From: an uncultured beta proteobacterium
GTDB lineage: Bacteria > Pseudomonadota > Gammaproteobacteria > Burkholderiales > Burkholderiaceae_D
Assembly: GCA_963729765.1 (NCBI GenBank)
Contig: CAVSPL010000011.1
Coordinates: forward strand, 9,102-73,101
Length of the DNA: 64,000 nt
Direction of reading: 5' to 3'
Shown: one piece after another, positions 12,379 to 24,915 of the stretch
How positions within the stretch are numbered: the first letter of the stretch is position 1
Layout of the letters: every line of letters begins with the position of its first letter
Notes under the pieces: model-generated
What the model saw: only the letters and a program-made list of their open reading frames with translations
Database searches by the model: none
Told to the model about the DNA's origin: nothing
Position numbers and translations under genes: made by a program

Positions 12379-13991
12379 TCTCCCGCCTTCAGCCGCCGCC
12401 ACAAGGTCGTGCGGCTGATGCCGAGGTGGCGCGCGGCCGCGTCGCGCTGGCCGCCGAAGCGCGCCATCACCTCGGCGATGCTTCTCGCACGGCCGGCGGC
12501 GCCAGCACTGCCGGCGCCAGCGCGGCCGCAGCCTCCGGCGCGCCCAGTTCCGGCGCAATCCCCAGCAAAAAACTCGGCGTCAGCGCCTGCAGCGGTTCGG
12601 CCGCGAGGAACAGCGCGAGGCGCTCCATCAGGTTGCGCAGTTCGCGCACATTGCCCGGCCAGCCGTAGCGCTGCAGCAGCGGCGGCGCAGGCCTGGATCT
12701 CCGCATGCAGGTTCGGATGCGGGCGCGCGCCGAGCGCCGCCAGCGACTGCTTGAGCGACCATTCGGCCAGCGGCACGATGTCGGGCAGGCGCGCGCGCAG
12801 CGGCGGCAGGGCCAGGCGCAGCACGGCCAGCCGATAGAACAGGTCGGCCCGGAAGCGGCCTTCGCGCACCCGCGCTTCCAGGTCGCAGTGGGTGGCGCTG
12901 ACCACCCGCACGTCGATCGGCACCGGCCGCGTGCCGCCGACCCGCATCACTTCGCGCTCTTCCAGCACCCGCAACAGGCGCGTCTGCAAGGCCAGCGGCA
13001 TTTCGCCGATCTCGTCCAGGAACAGGGTGCCGCGATTGGCCGCCTCGAACAGGCCCGCATGGCCGCCGCGGCGCGCGCCCGTGAACGCGCCTTCCTCGTG
13101 GCCGAAGAGTTCCGATTCGAGCAGCGATTCGGCGATCGCCCCGCAATTCACCGCGACGAAGGGCCGGTTCGCGCCCAGGCTGCGCGGCCCTTCGCGGTGG
13201 ATGGCCTGGGCCACGAGCTCCTTGCCGCTGCCGGTCTCGCCATGGATCAACACGGTGGCCGGCGAGCGCGCATACAGCACCACCGTCTGGCGCAGCCGCT
13301 CCATGGCCTCGGACTCGCCGCGCAAGTCGTTCAGGCCGCGCCGCGCGCGCCGCGGTTCGTTCGCCGGCCCGCGCCGGATGCGGTTCGCTTCCAGGTGGGT
13401 CAGGCGCGCCAGTTCCAGCGCATCGTCGAAGGCCTGGCGGATCGAGGCGGCCGAATACAGGAAGATGCCGGTCAGGCCCGCTTCCTCGGCCAGGTCGGTG
13501 ATCAGGCCGGCGCCGACGATGACCTCGATGCCGGCCGCCTTCATCTCGTCCATCGCCGCGCGCGCATCCTCGCGCGTCACATAACTGCGCTGGGCGATCG
13601 TCAAGCCGAAGGTGGCGCTGAACTCGGCCAGTTCCGGCAGCGGCTGCTGGTAGCTGATGACGCCGATGCGGTTCGATACCTTGCGCGCCCGCGCCAGCGC
13701 CCCCATCACGTCGAAGCCGCTGGCCTTGGCCACGATCACCGGCGCCGACACCCGGCCTTTCAGATAGGCGCCGTTCGAGCCGGCCGCGATCACCACGTCG
13801 CAGCGCTCGGTCGCCATCCGTTCGCGGATATGGCGCGCCGCTTCGTCGAAGCCGAGGTCGATCGGCTCGATCGTGGCGAGGTGGTCGTATTCGAGCGTGA
13901 TGTCGCGGAACAGGTCGGACAGGCGCGATACGGACACGGTCCAGATGACCGGCTTGTCGACGTCTTGCGGAGCAGGGGCGAGGGTGCGCAT
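12375..13991 (-). CDS. prpR: Propionate catabolism sigma54-dependent activator PrpR (one frameshift near 12690)
   Basis: PrpR N-domain [59 protein letters not shown]. Confidence 0.96.
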   Translation of the reverse strand: MRTLAPAPQDVDKPVIWTVSVSRLSDLFRDITLEYDHLATIEPIDLGFDEAARHIRERMATERCDVVIAAGSNGAYLKGRVSAPVIVAKASGFDVMGALARARKVSNRIGVISYQQPLPELAEFSATFGLTIAQRSYVTREDARAAMDEMKAAGIEVIVGAGLITDLAEEAGLTGIFLYSAASIRQAFDDALELARLTHLEANRIRRGPANEPRRARRGLNDLRGESEAMERLRQTVVLYARSPATVLIHGETGSGKELVAQAIHREGPRSLGANRPFVAVNCGAIAESLLESELFGHEEGAFTGARRGGHAGLFEAANRGTLFLDEIGEMPLALQTRLLRVLEEREVMRVGGTRPVPIDVRVVSATHCDLEARVREGRFRADLFYRLAVLRLALPPLRARLPDIVPLAEWSLKQSLAALGARPHPNLHAEIQACAAAAAALRLAGQCARTAQPDGAPRAVPRGRTAAGADAEFFAGDCAGTGRAGGCGRAGAGSAGAAGRARSIAEVMARFGGQRDAAARHLGISRTTLWRRLKAGD

Positions 13992-14022
13992 GTTGCAATT
14001 CTACTGCAACAGGTGTTCCACG

Positions 14023-14038
14023 TGTTTCATTTGAAACG
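14023..14038. promoter_or_regulatory. Putative PrpR binding palindrome
   Basis: GTTTCA-TT-TGAAAC between prpR and prpB, with further TGAAAC half-sites at ~14044 and ~14093. Confidence 0.65.
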
Positions 14039-14137
14039 CAAATTGAAACACTGTGCAGTCTCAAGCGCAGCGCAGTGAACAGGCTAAGTCCTTGAAACGA
14101 TGTCGTTTTTCCGATGTCGAACAGCGGGCGGGCAGGC

Positions 14138-14153
14138 TGGCACGTTCTTTGCA
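14138..14153 (+). promoter_or_regulatory. Sigma54 -24/-12 promoter of prp operon
   Basis: TGGCAC-GTTCT-TTGCA, a consensus match about 40 nt upstream of the prpB ATG. Confidence 0.9.
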
Positions 14154-14193
14154 AAGAATAGCCCATTCATTCCCGATCCATCCAGGAGACCCC

Positions 14194-15095
14194 ATGATCC
14201 AATCCGCAGGCGCCAAGTTCCGGCATCGCCGTCCAGGAAGAATCCCCGCTGCAAGTCGTCGGCGCCATCAACGCCAACCACGCCTTGCTCGCCAAGCGCG
14301 CCGGCTTCAAGGCCATCTACCTGTCCGGTGGCGGCGTCGCCGCCGGTTCGCTCGGCCTGCCCGACCTCGGCATCTCGAACCTGGACGACGTGCTGACCGA
14401 CGTGCGCCGCATCACCGACGTCTGCGACCTGCCGCTGCTGGTCGACGTCGATACCGGCTTCGGCGCCTCGGCCTTCAACGTCGCGCGCACCGTGAAATCG
14501 ATGATCAAGTTCGGCGCCGCCGCCATCCACATCGAAGACCAGGTCGGCGCCAAGCGCTGCGGCCACCGTCCGGGCAAGGAAATCGTCTCGCAAGCAGGAA
14601 ATGGTCGACCGCATCAAGGCCGCCGTCGATGCCCGCACCGACGACGAGCTTCGTCATCATGGCGCGCACCGATGCGCTGGCCGTGGAAGGCATCGACGCC
14701 GCCATCGAGCGCGCCGTGGCCTGCGTCGAAGCCGGCGCCGACATGGTGTTCCCGGAAGCGATGACCGACCTGGCCATGTATCGCGCTTTCGCGAAAGCGG
14801 TCGAGCGTGCCGATCCTGGCCAACATCACCGAATTCGGCTCGACGCCGCTGTTCACCGTCGATGAGCTGAAAACGCGCCGACGTCGGCATCGTGCTGTAT
14901 CCGCTGTCGGCCTTCCGCGCCATGAACAAGGCGGCCGAAAACGTCTACACGGCGATCCGCCGCGACGGCAGCCAGCAAGCCGTGCTCGACACCATGCAGA
15001 CGCGCGCCGAACTGTACGACCGCATCAACTACCACGACTTCGAGCAGCACCTCGACGCGCTGTTCGCCGCGCAGAAAGAAATAATCGAAACGTGA
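14194..15095 (+). CDS. prpB: 2-methylisocitrate lyase (frameshifted)
   Basis: [62 protein letters not shown]. Confidence 0.95.
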
Positions 15096-15109
15096 CACTG
15101 GAGATCGAC

Positions 15110-16267
15110 ATGACCGAACAAGCCCCAGCCTTCAAGCCGAAAAAATCCGTCGCCCTGTCGGGTGTCACCGCCGGTAACACGGCCCTGTGCTCGGTCGGCA
15201 AGACCGGCAACGACCTGCACTACCGCGGCTACGACATCCTCGACGTCGCCACCTCCAGCGAGTTCGAAGAGATCGCCTACCTGCTGGTGCACGGCAAACT
15301 GCCGAACCGCGGCCGAACTGAAAGGCTACAAGGCCAAGCTGAAGATCGCTGCGCGGCCTGCCGCACGCGGTCAAGCTGGCGCTGGAAGCGCTGCCGGCCG
15401 CCAGCCACCCGATGGACGTGATGCGTACCGGCGTCTCGGCGCTGGGCTGCGCGCTGCCGGAAAAGGACGACCACAATGTGCCCGGCGCGCGCGACATCGC
15501 CGACCGCCTGATGGCATCGTTCGGCTCGATGCTGCTGTACTGGTACCACTACAGCCACAACGGCAAGCGCATCGAGGTCGAAACCGACGACGACTCGATC
15601 GGCGGCCACTTCCTGCACCTGCTGCACGGCACACGCGCCGTCGCGAAGAATGGGTGCAGCGCGATGCACACCTCGCTGATCCTCTATGCCGAGCACGAAT
15701 TCAATGCCTCGACCTTCACCGCGCGCGTCATCGCCGGCACCGGTTCCGACATGCACTCGGCCATCACCGGCGCCATCGGCGCGCTGCGCGGTCCGAAGCA
15801 CGGCGGCGCCAACGAAGTCGCCCTCGAAATCCAGAAGCGCTACGAAAACGCCGACGAAGCCGAAGCCGACATCCGCAACCGCGTGGCCAACAAGGAAGTC
15901 GTGATCGGCTTCGGCCATCCGGTCTACACCATCTCCGATCCGCGCAACGTCGTCATCAAGGAAGTCGCGCGCTCGCTGTCGCAAGCGGCCGGCTCGACTG
16001 AAGATGTTCGACATCGCCGAGCGCCTCGAATCGGTGATGTGGGAAGTGAAAAAGATGTTCCCGAACCTGGACTGGTTCTCGGCCGTGTCGTACCACATGA
16101 TGGGCGTGCCGACCGCGATGTTCACGCCGCTGTTCGTCATCTCGCGCACCTCCGGCTGGGCCGCGCACGTGATCGAGCAGCGCATCGACAACAAGATCAT
16201 CCGCCCGAGCGCGAACTATGTCGGTCCGGAAGACCTGCAGTTCGTGCCGCTCAGTGACCGCACCTGA
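15110..16267 (+). CDS. prpC: 2-methylcitrate synthase (frameshifted)
   Basis: [57 protein letters not shown]. Confidence 0.96.
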
Positions 16268-16273
16268 CCGCAC

Positions 16274-16828
16274 ATGATTCACCATCCGCCAACCGCTGCG
16301 TTCCTGCTGCGCCGGCTCGGCTCCGCCGATGCCGCGCAGTACCGCGCGCTGCGGCTGGCGGGCCTGCGCGCCTTTCCGCACGCTTTCCGTCCTTCCGTCG
16401 ACGAGGCGCTGGCGCAGCCGCTGTCCTGGGCCGAAGCGCGCCTGGCGAAGGAAGGCGAATACTGGTTCGGCGCCTTTGACGGCGCGCTTGAAGGCAATCC
16501 TCTGGTGGGCGCCATCTGCCTGCGCACCCAGGAGGGCGCGAAGATCCGCCACGCGGCCAGCCTGAACGCGCTGGTCGTCGATCCCGCAGCGCCAGCGCGC
16601 AGGCATCGGCGCCGCGCTGGTCGCGCACCTGATCGACGCCGCACGCGCGCTCGGCTACCTGCGCCAGATCACGCTCACGGTCCATCGCAGGGCAACACGG
16701 CAGCCGAACGGCTGTACGACCGCTTCGGCTTCGCGCAGTTCGGCCTGGAGCCGGACGCCTTCCTGCACGACGGGCAGTACTACGCCAAGCAGCACCGACA
16801 ACTCTCACTGGTCACACCACAATCATGA
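16274..16828 (+). CDS. GNAT family N-acetyltransferase (internal indels)
   Basis: YRALRLAGLR.FP.AF, KIRHAA, R.RGIG motif across frames, NTAAERLYDRFGF..FGLEP; ATGA overlap with acnD. Confidence 0.85.
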   Translation: MIHHPPTAAFLLRRLGSADAAQYRALRLAGLRAFPHAFRPSVDEALAQPLSWAEARLAKEGEYWFGAFDGALEGNPLVGAICLRTQEGAKIRHAASLNALVVDPAAPARRHRRRAGRAPDRRRTRARLPAPDHAHGPSQGNTAAERLYDRFGFAQFGLEPDAFLHDGQYYAKQHRQLSLVTPQS

Positions 16829-19428
16829 ACAACGCCTACCGCAAACCCCTGCACGGCACCAATCTTCACTACTTCGACGCGCGCGACGCCGTCGACAGTA
16901 TCGAAGCCGGCGCCTGGGACAAGCTCCCCTACGTCTCGCGCGTGCTGGCCGAAAACCTCGTGCGCCGCTGCGAGCCCATGGCCCTGGTGCCGTCCCTGAA
17001 ACAGCTCATCGAACGCAAGCGCGACCTCGACTTCCCCTGGTTCCCGGCGCGCGTGGTCTGCCACGACATCCTGGGCCAGACGGCGCTGGTCGACCTGGCC
17101 GGCCTGCGCGACGCCATCGCCCTGGAGGGCGGCAATCCGGCGCTGGTGAACCCGGTGGTGCCGACCCAGCTGGTGGTCGACCACTCGCTGGCCGTCGAAT
17201 GCGGCGGCTTCGATCCGGACGCGTTTGAAAAGAACCGCGCCATCGAAGACCGCCGCAACGAAGACCGCTTCCACTTCATCGACTGGACCAAGAAGGCCTT
17301 CCAGAACGTCGACGTGATCCCGCCCGGGAACGGCATCCTGCACCAGATTAACCTCGAGCGCATGAGCCCCGTGGTGCAAGTCAAGGACGGCGTCGCCTTC
17401 CCGGACACCCTGGTCGGCACCGATTCGCACACCCCGATGGTCGACGCGCTGGGCGTGATCGCGATCGGCGTGGGCGGCCTGGAAGCCGAGAGCGTCATGC
17501 TGGGCCGCGCGTCCTGGATGCGCCTGCCGGACATCATCGGCGTCGAACTGACCGGCAAGCCGCAGCCGGGCATCACCGCGACCGACGTCGTGCTGGCGCT
17601 GACCGAATTCCTGCGCAATTCCAAAGTCGTCTCGGCCTGGCTCGAGTTCTTCGGCGAGGGCTCGTCGAATTTGACCCTGGGCGACCGCGCGACGATCGCC
17701 AACATGGCGCCCGAATTCGGCGCCACCGCCGCGATGTTCTACATCGACGAGCGCACCATCGACTACCTGAAACTCACCGGCCGCGAAGACGAGCAGGTGG
17801 CGCTGGTCGAAAGCTATGCGAAAGAGACCGGCCTGTGGGCGGACACGCTGACCAACGTCGACTACGAGCGCGTGCTGAGCTTCGACCTGTCGACCGTCGT
17901 GCGCAACATCGCCGGCCCGTCGAACCCGCACAAGCGCGTGCCGACTTCGGAACTGGCCGCGCGCGGCATCTCCGGCGTGGTCGAGAACGAGCCGGGCCGC
18001 ATGCCCGATGGCGCCGTCATCATCGCCGCCATCACCAGCTGCACCAACACGAATAATCCGCGCAACATGATCGCCGCCGGCCTGATCGCCCGCAACGCCA
18101 ACAAGCTTGGCCTGCTGCGCAAACCTTGGGTGAAGAGTTCGCTGGCGCCGGGATCGAAAGCGGTCTCGCTCTACCTGGAAGAAGCCGGCTTGATGGGCGA
18201 GCTGGAAAAGCTGGGCTTCGGCGTCGTCGCCTTTGCCTGCACCACGTGCAATGGCATGAGCGGCGCGCTCGACCCGGTGATCCAGCAGGAGATCATCGAA
18301 CGCGACCTGTACGCGACTGCCGTCCTGTCGGGCAACCGCAATTTCGACGGCCGCATCCACCCGTATGCGAAGCAGGCTTTCCTGGCCTCGCCGCCGCTGG
18401 TGATTGCGTATGCGATCGCGGGCACGATCCGCTTCGATATCGAGAAGGACGTGCTGGGCCTGGACGCGCAGGGCAATCCGATCCGCCTGGCCGACATCTG
18501 GCCGACCGACGAGGAGATCGATTCGGTGTTCGCGCAGAGCGTGAAGCCCGAGCAGTTCCGCAAGGTGTACACGCCGATGTTCGCGCGCGTGGCCGACGAT
18601 GGCGAGCCGTGTCGCCGCTGTACGACTGGCGCGAGATGAGCACCTATATCCGCCGTCCGCCGTACTGGGAAGGCGCGCTGGCGGGCGAGCGTTCGCTGTC
18701 CGGCATGCGTGCGCTGGCGGTCCTGGGCGACAACATCACGACCGACCACCTGTCGCCGTCGAACGCGATCATGATGGACAGCGCGGCCGGCGAATACCTG
18801 TTCAAGATGGGTTTGCCGGAAGAAGACTTCAATTCGTATGCGACCCACCGCGGCGACCACCTGACGGCGCAGCGCGCGACGTTCGCCAATCCGACCCTGA
18901 AGAACGAGATGGTGCGCAACGCCGACGGCAGGTGACGGCCGGTTCGCTGGCGCGCATCGAGCCCGAAGGGCAGGTCACGCGCATGTGGGAAGCGATCGAG
19001 ACCTACATGGAGCGCAAGCAGCCGCTGATCGTGATCGCCGGCGCCGACTACGGCCAGGGCTCCTCGCGCGACTGGGCGGCCAAGGGCGTGCGCCTGGCGG
19101 GCGTGGAAGCGATCGCCGCCGAAGGCTTCGAGCGCATCCACCGCACCAACCTGGTCGGCATGGGCGTGCTGCCGCTGGAATTCCAGCCGGGCGTGAACCG
19201 CCTGACCCTGGGCCTGGACGGCACCGAGACCTATGACGTGCTCGGCGAGCGCACGCCGCGCGCGATGCTGACGCTGGTGATCAACCGCCGCAGCGGCGAG
19301 CGCGTCGAGGTGCCGGTGATCTGCCGCCTGGATACGGCGGAAGAGGTGTCGATCTACGAGGCCGGCGGCGTGCTGCAGCGCTTCGCGCAGGACTTCCTGG
19401 CCGATCACCGTCGAAGGTGGCGGCGTAG
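16825..19428 (+). CDS. acnD: Fe/S-dependent 2-methylisocitrate dehydratase AcnD (frameshifted)
   Basis: MNNAYRKPL, RVVCHDILGQTALVDLAGLRD, ITSCTNT, ACTTCNGMSG, GSSRDWAAKG, GGVLQRFAQDFL. Confidence 0.96.
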
Positions 19429-19429
19429 A

Positions 19430-20630
19430 ATGGAACACATGCCACCACCCCAAATCAAAATCCCCGCCACCTATATGCGCGGCGGCACCAGCAAGGGCGT
19501 CTTCTTCCGCCTGGACGACCTGCCGGAAGCCGCCCGACCCCCGGCGCGGCGCGCGACAAGCTGCTGCTGCGCGTGATCGGCAGCCCCGACCCCTACGCCA
19601 AGCAGATCGACGGCATGGGCGGCGCCACCTCGAGCACCAGCAAGACGGTGATCCTCTCGAAAAGCACGCGCCCGGACCACGACGTCGACTACCTGTTCGG
19701 CCAGGTCTCGATCGACAAGCCCTTCGTCGACTGGAGCGGCAACTGCGGCAACCTGTCGGCGGCCGTGGGTTCGTTTGCCATTTCAGCGCGGCCTGGTCGA
19801 CGCGCGAGCGCATGCCGCAGGACGGCATGGCCGACCGTGCGCATCTGGCAGGCCAACATCGGCAAGACCATCATCGCCCACGTCCCGGTGACGAATGGCG
19901 AGGTCCAGGAAACCGGCGACTTCGAACTCGACGGCGTGACCTTCCCGGCGGCCGAAGTGCAGCTCGAATTCATGGACCCGGCGGCCGAGGAAGAGGGCGC
20001 GGGCGGTTCGATGTTCCCGACCGGGAACCTGGTCGACGAGCTGGAAGTGCCCGGCCTGGGCACCCTCAAGGCGACCATGATCAACGCCGGCATCCCGACC
20101 ATCTTCGTCAATGCCGCAGACGTCGGCTACACCGGCACCGAGCTGCAGGACGCGATCAACGGCGACCCGCGCGCGCTGGCCATGTTCGAGACCATCCGCG
20201 CCCATGGCGCGGTGCGCATGGGCCTGATCAAGGACACGGGCGAAGCGGCGGGCCGCCAGCACACGCCGAAGGTCGCCTTCGTCGCGCCGTCCGCTCGACT
20301 ACGTGTCGTCGAGCGGCAAGCAGGTGGCAGGCAGCCGACATCGACCTGCTGGTGCGCGCGCTCTCGATGGGCAAACTGCATCACGCGATGATGGGCACGG
20401 CGGCGGTGGCGATCGGCACCGCGGCCGCCGTGCCGGGCACCCTGGTCAACCTCGCGGCCGGCGGCGGCAAGCCGGATGCGGTGCGCTTCGGCCACCCGTC
20501 GGGCACCTTGCGCGTCGGCGCCGAAGCGGTGCAGGCCGATGGCGAGTGGAGCGTGAAAAAGGCCGTCATGAGCCGCAGCGCGCGCGTGCTGATGGAAGGC
20601 TGGGTGCGGGTGCCGGGCGACGCTTTTTAA
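19430..20630 (+). CDS. prpF: 2-methylaconitate cis-trans isomerase PrpF (frameshifted)
   Basis: IPATYMRGGTSKGVFF, WSGNCGNL, SMGKLHHAMMGT, RSARVLMEGWVRVP. Confidence 0.96.
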
Positions 20631-20645
20631 ACCCGCGTCGCCACC

Positions 20646-20684
20646 AGCCCGGCCGCTGCCCTGTGCACGCCGCCGGGCTTTTTT
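20646..20684 (+). terminator. Terminator of prp operon
   Basis: agcccggc...gccgggct followed by a T run. Confidence 0.65.
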
Positions 20685-20779
20685 GTATTGATGCTGTAGA
20701 GATTCTTTCATTGCTGGTTTATCATTCGTGCAACATGGAGCGGCCCGCGGAGAGGCTGCCCTGAAGGGATTTCCGGGGA

Positions 20780-23723
20780 ATGGACAGAATTTCGAGCAAA
20801 CCTGCAATCGTGGCCGACGCGCTGCGCCTGATCGCGGCGCCCGCCTGCGCCTGCGACGCCATGGGCATTGTCGTTGCGGCGAATGCCGAGATGACGGCCC
20901 TGGCCGGCAGGTCGCCCAAGGGACGGCCGCTGCTCGACCTGTTCCGCGGCGAGGCGGCGCAGCTGGCCGCGGCCGAACTCGAGGCGGCGCCGAGCGGCGA
21001 ACGGCACTGGCGCGGCACGCTGAGCGTGCGCGGCGAGCACGTCGCCGTCGAGGTGCGCTCGAAGCCCTTGCCGGCCGAGTGCGGCGCGCCCGGCGCGACC
21101 TTCGTGTTCACCGACGTCAGCGCCTAGGAACGCGGCCAGGCGGCGCTGCGCACCACCATGCGCGAACAGCGGGCCATCCTCGACCATGCGCCGGTCGGCA
21201 TCCTGTTCACCAAGCCGGGCCTGCTCAAGGAGTGCAATCCGCGCCTGGCCGAGATGTTCGGCTACAGCGTCGAGGAGCTGGCCGACCGCGACGCCGGCGA
21301 GATGTTCGCCTCGCAAGAGGCCTACCGACGCCTTCCGCGACGAGGCCTTCGCCGCACTGGCGCAAGGCGCGATCTACGAGAAGAGCGATTGCCAGTTCCG
21401 GCGCCGCGACGGCTCGCTGTTCTGGGCGCGCATGCGCGCCAGCGCCGTGATGCCCGGGCGGCGCGAAGCCGGCACCATCTGGATCGTCGAGGACGTGAGC
21501 GAAACGCGCCAGGCGCGGCGCGAACTGCAGGCCCTGATGAACAATGCCTCGCTGGCGATCATGTTCACGCACGCAACAGCGCATCCACCGCTGCAACGCG
21601 CGGCTTTCGCGAGATGTTCGGCTACGGCCGCGGGCGAGTGCGAGGGCTTGCCGGTGCAGCGGCCTGCATCCGAGCCCGGACGCCTTCGAGCGCGATGGCC
21701 GGCGCCGGCCTATCCGCTGTTCGCGCAAGGCCGCACCTACCAGGCCGAAGTCGACGCTGGTGAAGCAAGGACGGCACGCCGCTCTGGGGCAAGGTGATCG
21801 GCTACCCGGTCAATCCGGACGACCTGTCGCACGGCTATGTCTGGATCGCCGAAGACCGCACGCGCCAGCGCCGCGACGAGCAGGCGCTGCGCGAGGCGCT
21901 GCAGGAAAACCAGGCCATCTTCGACACCGCGGTGCTGGGCATTGCCGTGGTCGAGAACGGCCACACGCTGCACGGCAACCGCAAGATGGAAGAGCTGTTC
22001 GGCCACGCGCCGGGCGCCATGGCCGGCGTCTCGATCCGCGTCGCTGTATCCGGATGCCGGACGGCTGGCAGGCGGCGCGCCTGGACACGGCGCGCGACTT
22101 CGCGGCCGGGCGCGTGAGCGTGAGCGAGCGCCTGCTCGCGCGGCGCGACGGCGCCACCTTCTGGGGCCGCCTGTCGGGCCGCCCCTTCGACCTGAACGAT
22201 CCCGGCGGGCGCAGCCTGTGGCTGGTCGACGACGTCACGGCCCAGCACGAGGCGGCCGACGCCGTGCGCCGTGCGCGCGACGAGCTCGAAGTGCGCGTGG
22301 CCGAGCGCGACCGCCGAACTGGCGGGCGCCAACGCGCTGCTGCAGGACGAGATCGTCGAACGGCGCCAGGCCGAGGCGCGCGTGCACCACATGGCCTACC
22401 ACGACAGCCTGACCGGCCTGCCGAACCGCGCGCTGCTGGCCGACCGCCTCGAGCGCGCCATCCTCGCCGCGCAGCGCGCGGCGGCACCAGGCTGGCGGTG
22501 ATGTTCCTCGACCTCGACCGCTTCAAGACCATCAACGATTCGCTCGGTCACGCGACCGGCGACTTCCTGCTGAAGGAAGTGGCGAGCCGCCTGTGCCACG
22601 CGGTGCGCGCCAGCGACACGGTCGCGCGCCTGGGCGGCGACGAGTTCGTGCTGCTGGTGCCGGGCGTGGGCACGCTGGAAGAATGCAGCCAGCATCGGCG
22701 ACAAGATCATCGAGGTGCTGGCGCCGCCGGTGCGCTTCGAGGGCCACAGCCTGCACATCTCGCCCTCGATCGGCATCTGCCTGTATCCGGACGACGGCGT
22801 CGACGTCGATACCCTGATGCGCCACGCGGACGCGGCGATGTACCAGGCCAAGGCGGCCGGGCGCAACAACTACCAGTTCTTCACCGAGCGCATGAACCAG
22901 GCCGCGGCGCGATGCCATTCGACCTCGAGATCGACCTGCGCGGCGCGCTGGCCAACGGACGAGTTCGAGCTGCACTACCAGCCGATCATGGACACCGCCA
23001 CCCGCCGCGTGCACGCGCTCGAGGTGCTGCTGCGCTGGCGGCCGGGCCGGCACGAACTGGTGGTCCGCCCGACGAATTCATCCCGATCCTGGAAGAGAAC
23101 GGCATGATCGTGCCGGTCGGCGAATGGGTGATCCGGCGCGCCTGCGAGCAGAGCATGGCGTGGCAGCGCGCAGGGCTGGCGCCGGTGCCGCTGGCGATCA
23201 ACCTGTCGGCGCGCCAGTTCATGCACCGCGCGCTGGTGGACTCGATCAAGCGCATCGTCGACGAGACCGGCATCGACCCGGCGCTGGTGGAGTTCGAAAT
23301 CACCGAGACCGCGCTGATGCAGCACGGCGAGCAGACGCTCGAGATCCTGCGCCAGATCAACCGCATGGGCATGCGCCTGTCGATCGACGATTTCGGTACC
23401 GGCTACTCGAGCCTGGCCTACCTGAAGCGCTTCCCGGTCCGCAAGATCAAGATCGACCGCGCCTTCATCCGCGAACTCGAAGCGAGCGCGAAGACCGCGC
23501 GATCGTCGCCGCCGTGATGGCGCTGGCCAACAGCCTGCAACTGCAGGTGGTGGCCGAAGGGCGTGGAGACCGAAGGGCAGCTCGCGCTGCTGCGCGCGTT
23601 CGGCTGCCAGTACGCGCAGGGCTGGCTGTTCGCGCGGCCGATGCCGGGCGGCGCAGCGCTGCTGTTGCGCAGCGCGGCTGCGCCGACGTGTCACTCATCA
23701 GCGTGGCGATCACCGGCGCGTGA
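20780..23723 (+). CDS. Multi-PAS GGDEF-EAL protein (many indels plus an in-frame TAG at 21125; 3' end approximate)
   Basis: Several PAS repeats ([17 protein letters not shown]); [14 protein letters not shown]-x5-GGDEF; [30 protein letters not shown]. Confidence 0.9.
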
Positions 23724-24458
23724 TCCGACGGCTGCTCCCATTTGCGCGTCTCGCGGTCGATGGTGCAGGCCGTGCAGCGCTTGGCCAGTGCCGGCGACAG
23801 CAGGATGTGGTCGATGCGCAGGCCGCGGTTGCGGCGGAAACCCATCATCCGGTAATCCCACCAGCTGTACTGCTTTTCCGGCTGCTCGAACAGGCGGAAG
23901 GCGTCGGCCAGGCCCAGGGCGACCAGCGCCGTCATCGCCGCGCGCTCGCGCTCGGAGCAGTGGATCTTGCCTTCCCATTCGACCGGGTCGTGGACGTCGC
24001 GGTCTTCCGGCGCGATATTGTAGTCGCCCAGCAGCGCCAGCTGCGGATGCGCGCGCCAGCTCGTCGCCCAGCCACTCGTGCAGGGCCTTCAGCCAGGCCA
24101 TCTTGTAGACGTATTTGTCGGAATCGACTTCCTGGCCGTTCGGGATATACGCGTTGACGAAGCGCACGCCGTCGATGGTGGCGGCGATGATGCGCTGCTG
24201 CGGATCGTCGAAATGCGGATTGTTTTTGACGACATCCTCGATCGGCAGGCGCGACAGGATCGCCACGCCGTTATAGGTCTTCTGGCCGGTGAAGGCGACT
24301 TGATAACCCGCGGCATTGATTTCGGAAACCGGGAACTTATCGTCGGTTAACTTGGTCTCTTGAATGCAGAGCACGTCAACCGGGTTCGTCTCCAGCCAGC
24401 GCAGCAGGTGGGGCAGGCGGACTTTCAGCGAATTGACGTTCCAGGTTGCAATTTTCAT
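23691..24458 (-). CDS. xth: Exodeoxyribonuclease III (frameshifted)
   Basis: MKIATWNVNSLKVR, QETK, YNGVAILS, SWWDYR, GLRIDHIL, PSDHAPV. Confidence 0.96.
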   Translation of the reverse strand: MKIATWNVNSLKVRLPHLLRWLETNPVDVLCIQETKLTDDKFPVSEINAAGYQVAFTGQKTYNGVAILSRLPIEDVVKNNPHFDDPQQRIIAATIDGVRFVNAYIPNGQEVDSDKYVYKMAWLKALHEWLGDELARASAAGAAGRLQYRAGRPRRPRPGRMGRQDPLLRARARGDDGAGRPGPGRRLPPVRAAGKAVQLVGLPDDGFPPQPRPAHRPHPAVAGTGQALHGLHHRPRDAQMGAAVGSRAGDRHADE

Positions 24459-24915
24459 ATTCGGTGCGTGATGCAAGGAAACGCGGCGGACTGCCCGCCG
24501 CGATTGCGCGCAGTATCGGCCATGCAAGCAATTCATGCAACATTCCGATTATTACGCATGCGTAAATACGACAACGTTGTATTTCGTTTGCCTGAATTAC
24601 ATGCGCAGTGCTCCGGCGACAAGTTTGTGGTTTAAAATATATTGTCGTTGCGCACGGTATAGATTGCGAGCTCTAGCAGACGTAACAATTGCGGGTTAAG
24701 ATGTCACAAACCGTTATTGTTACTCATGAGGAATATCCGGTTGTTTTTATATAACTCGCACTGTACTATCTCGACTGGACGGAATTCGCCGTCCACGCCC
24801 ACGGCGCCGCACGATTGAGATTCATTCGTGCAAGGTCGAGTGCAGTGGAATGGTACTATGGTGAAATATTGCTGTTTCGATAGCGAGTATCCGTACCCAT
24901 AAGAAAAGGACAGAG

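Noticed and set aside
18599-19576. Apparent AcnD-PrpF fusion
   Set aside because: An indel near 19405 bypasses the TAG at 19426; these are normally separate genes
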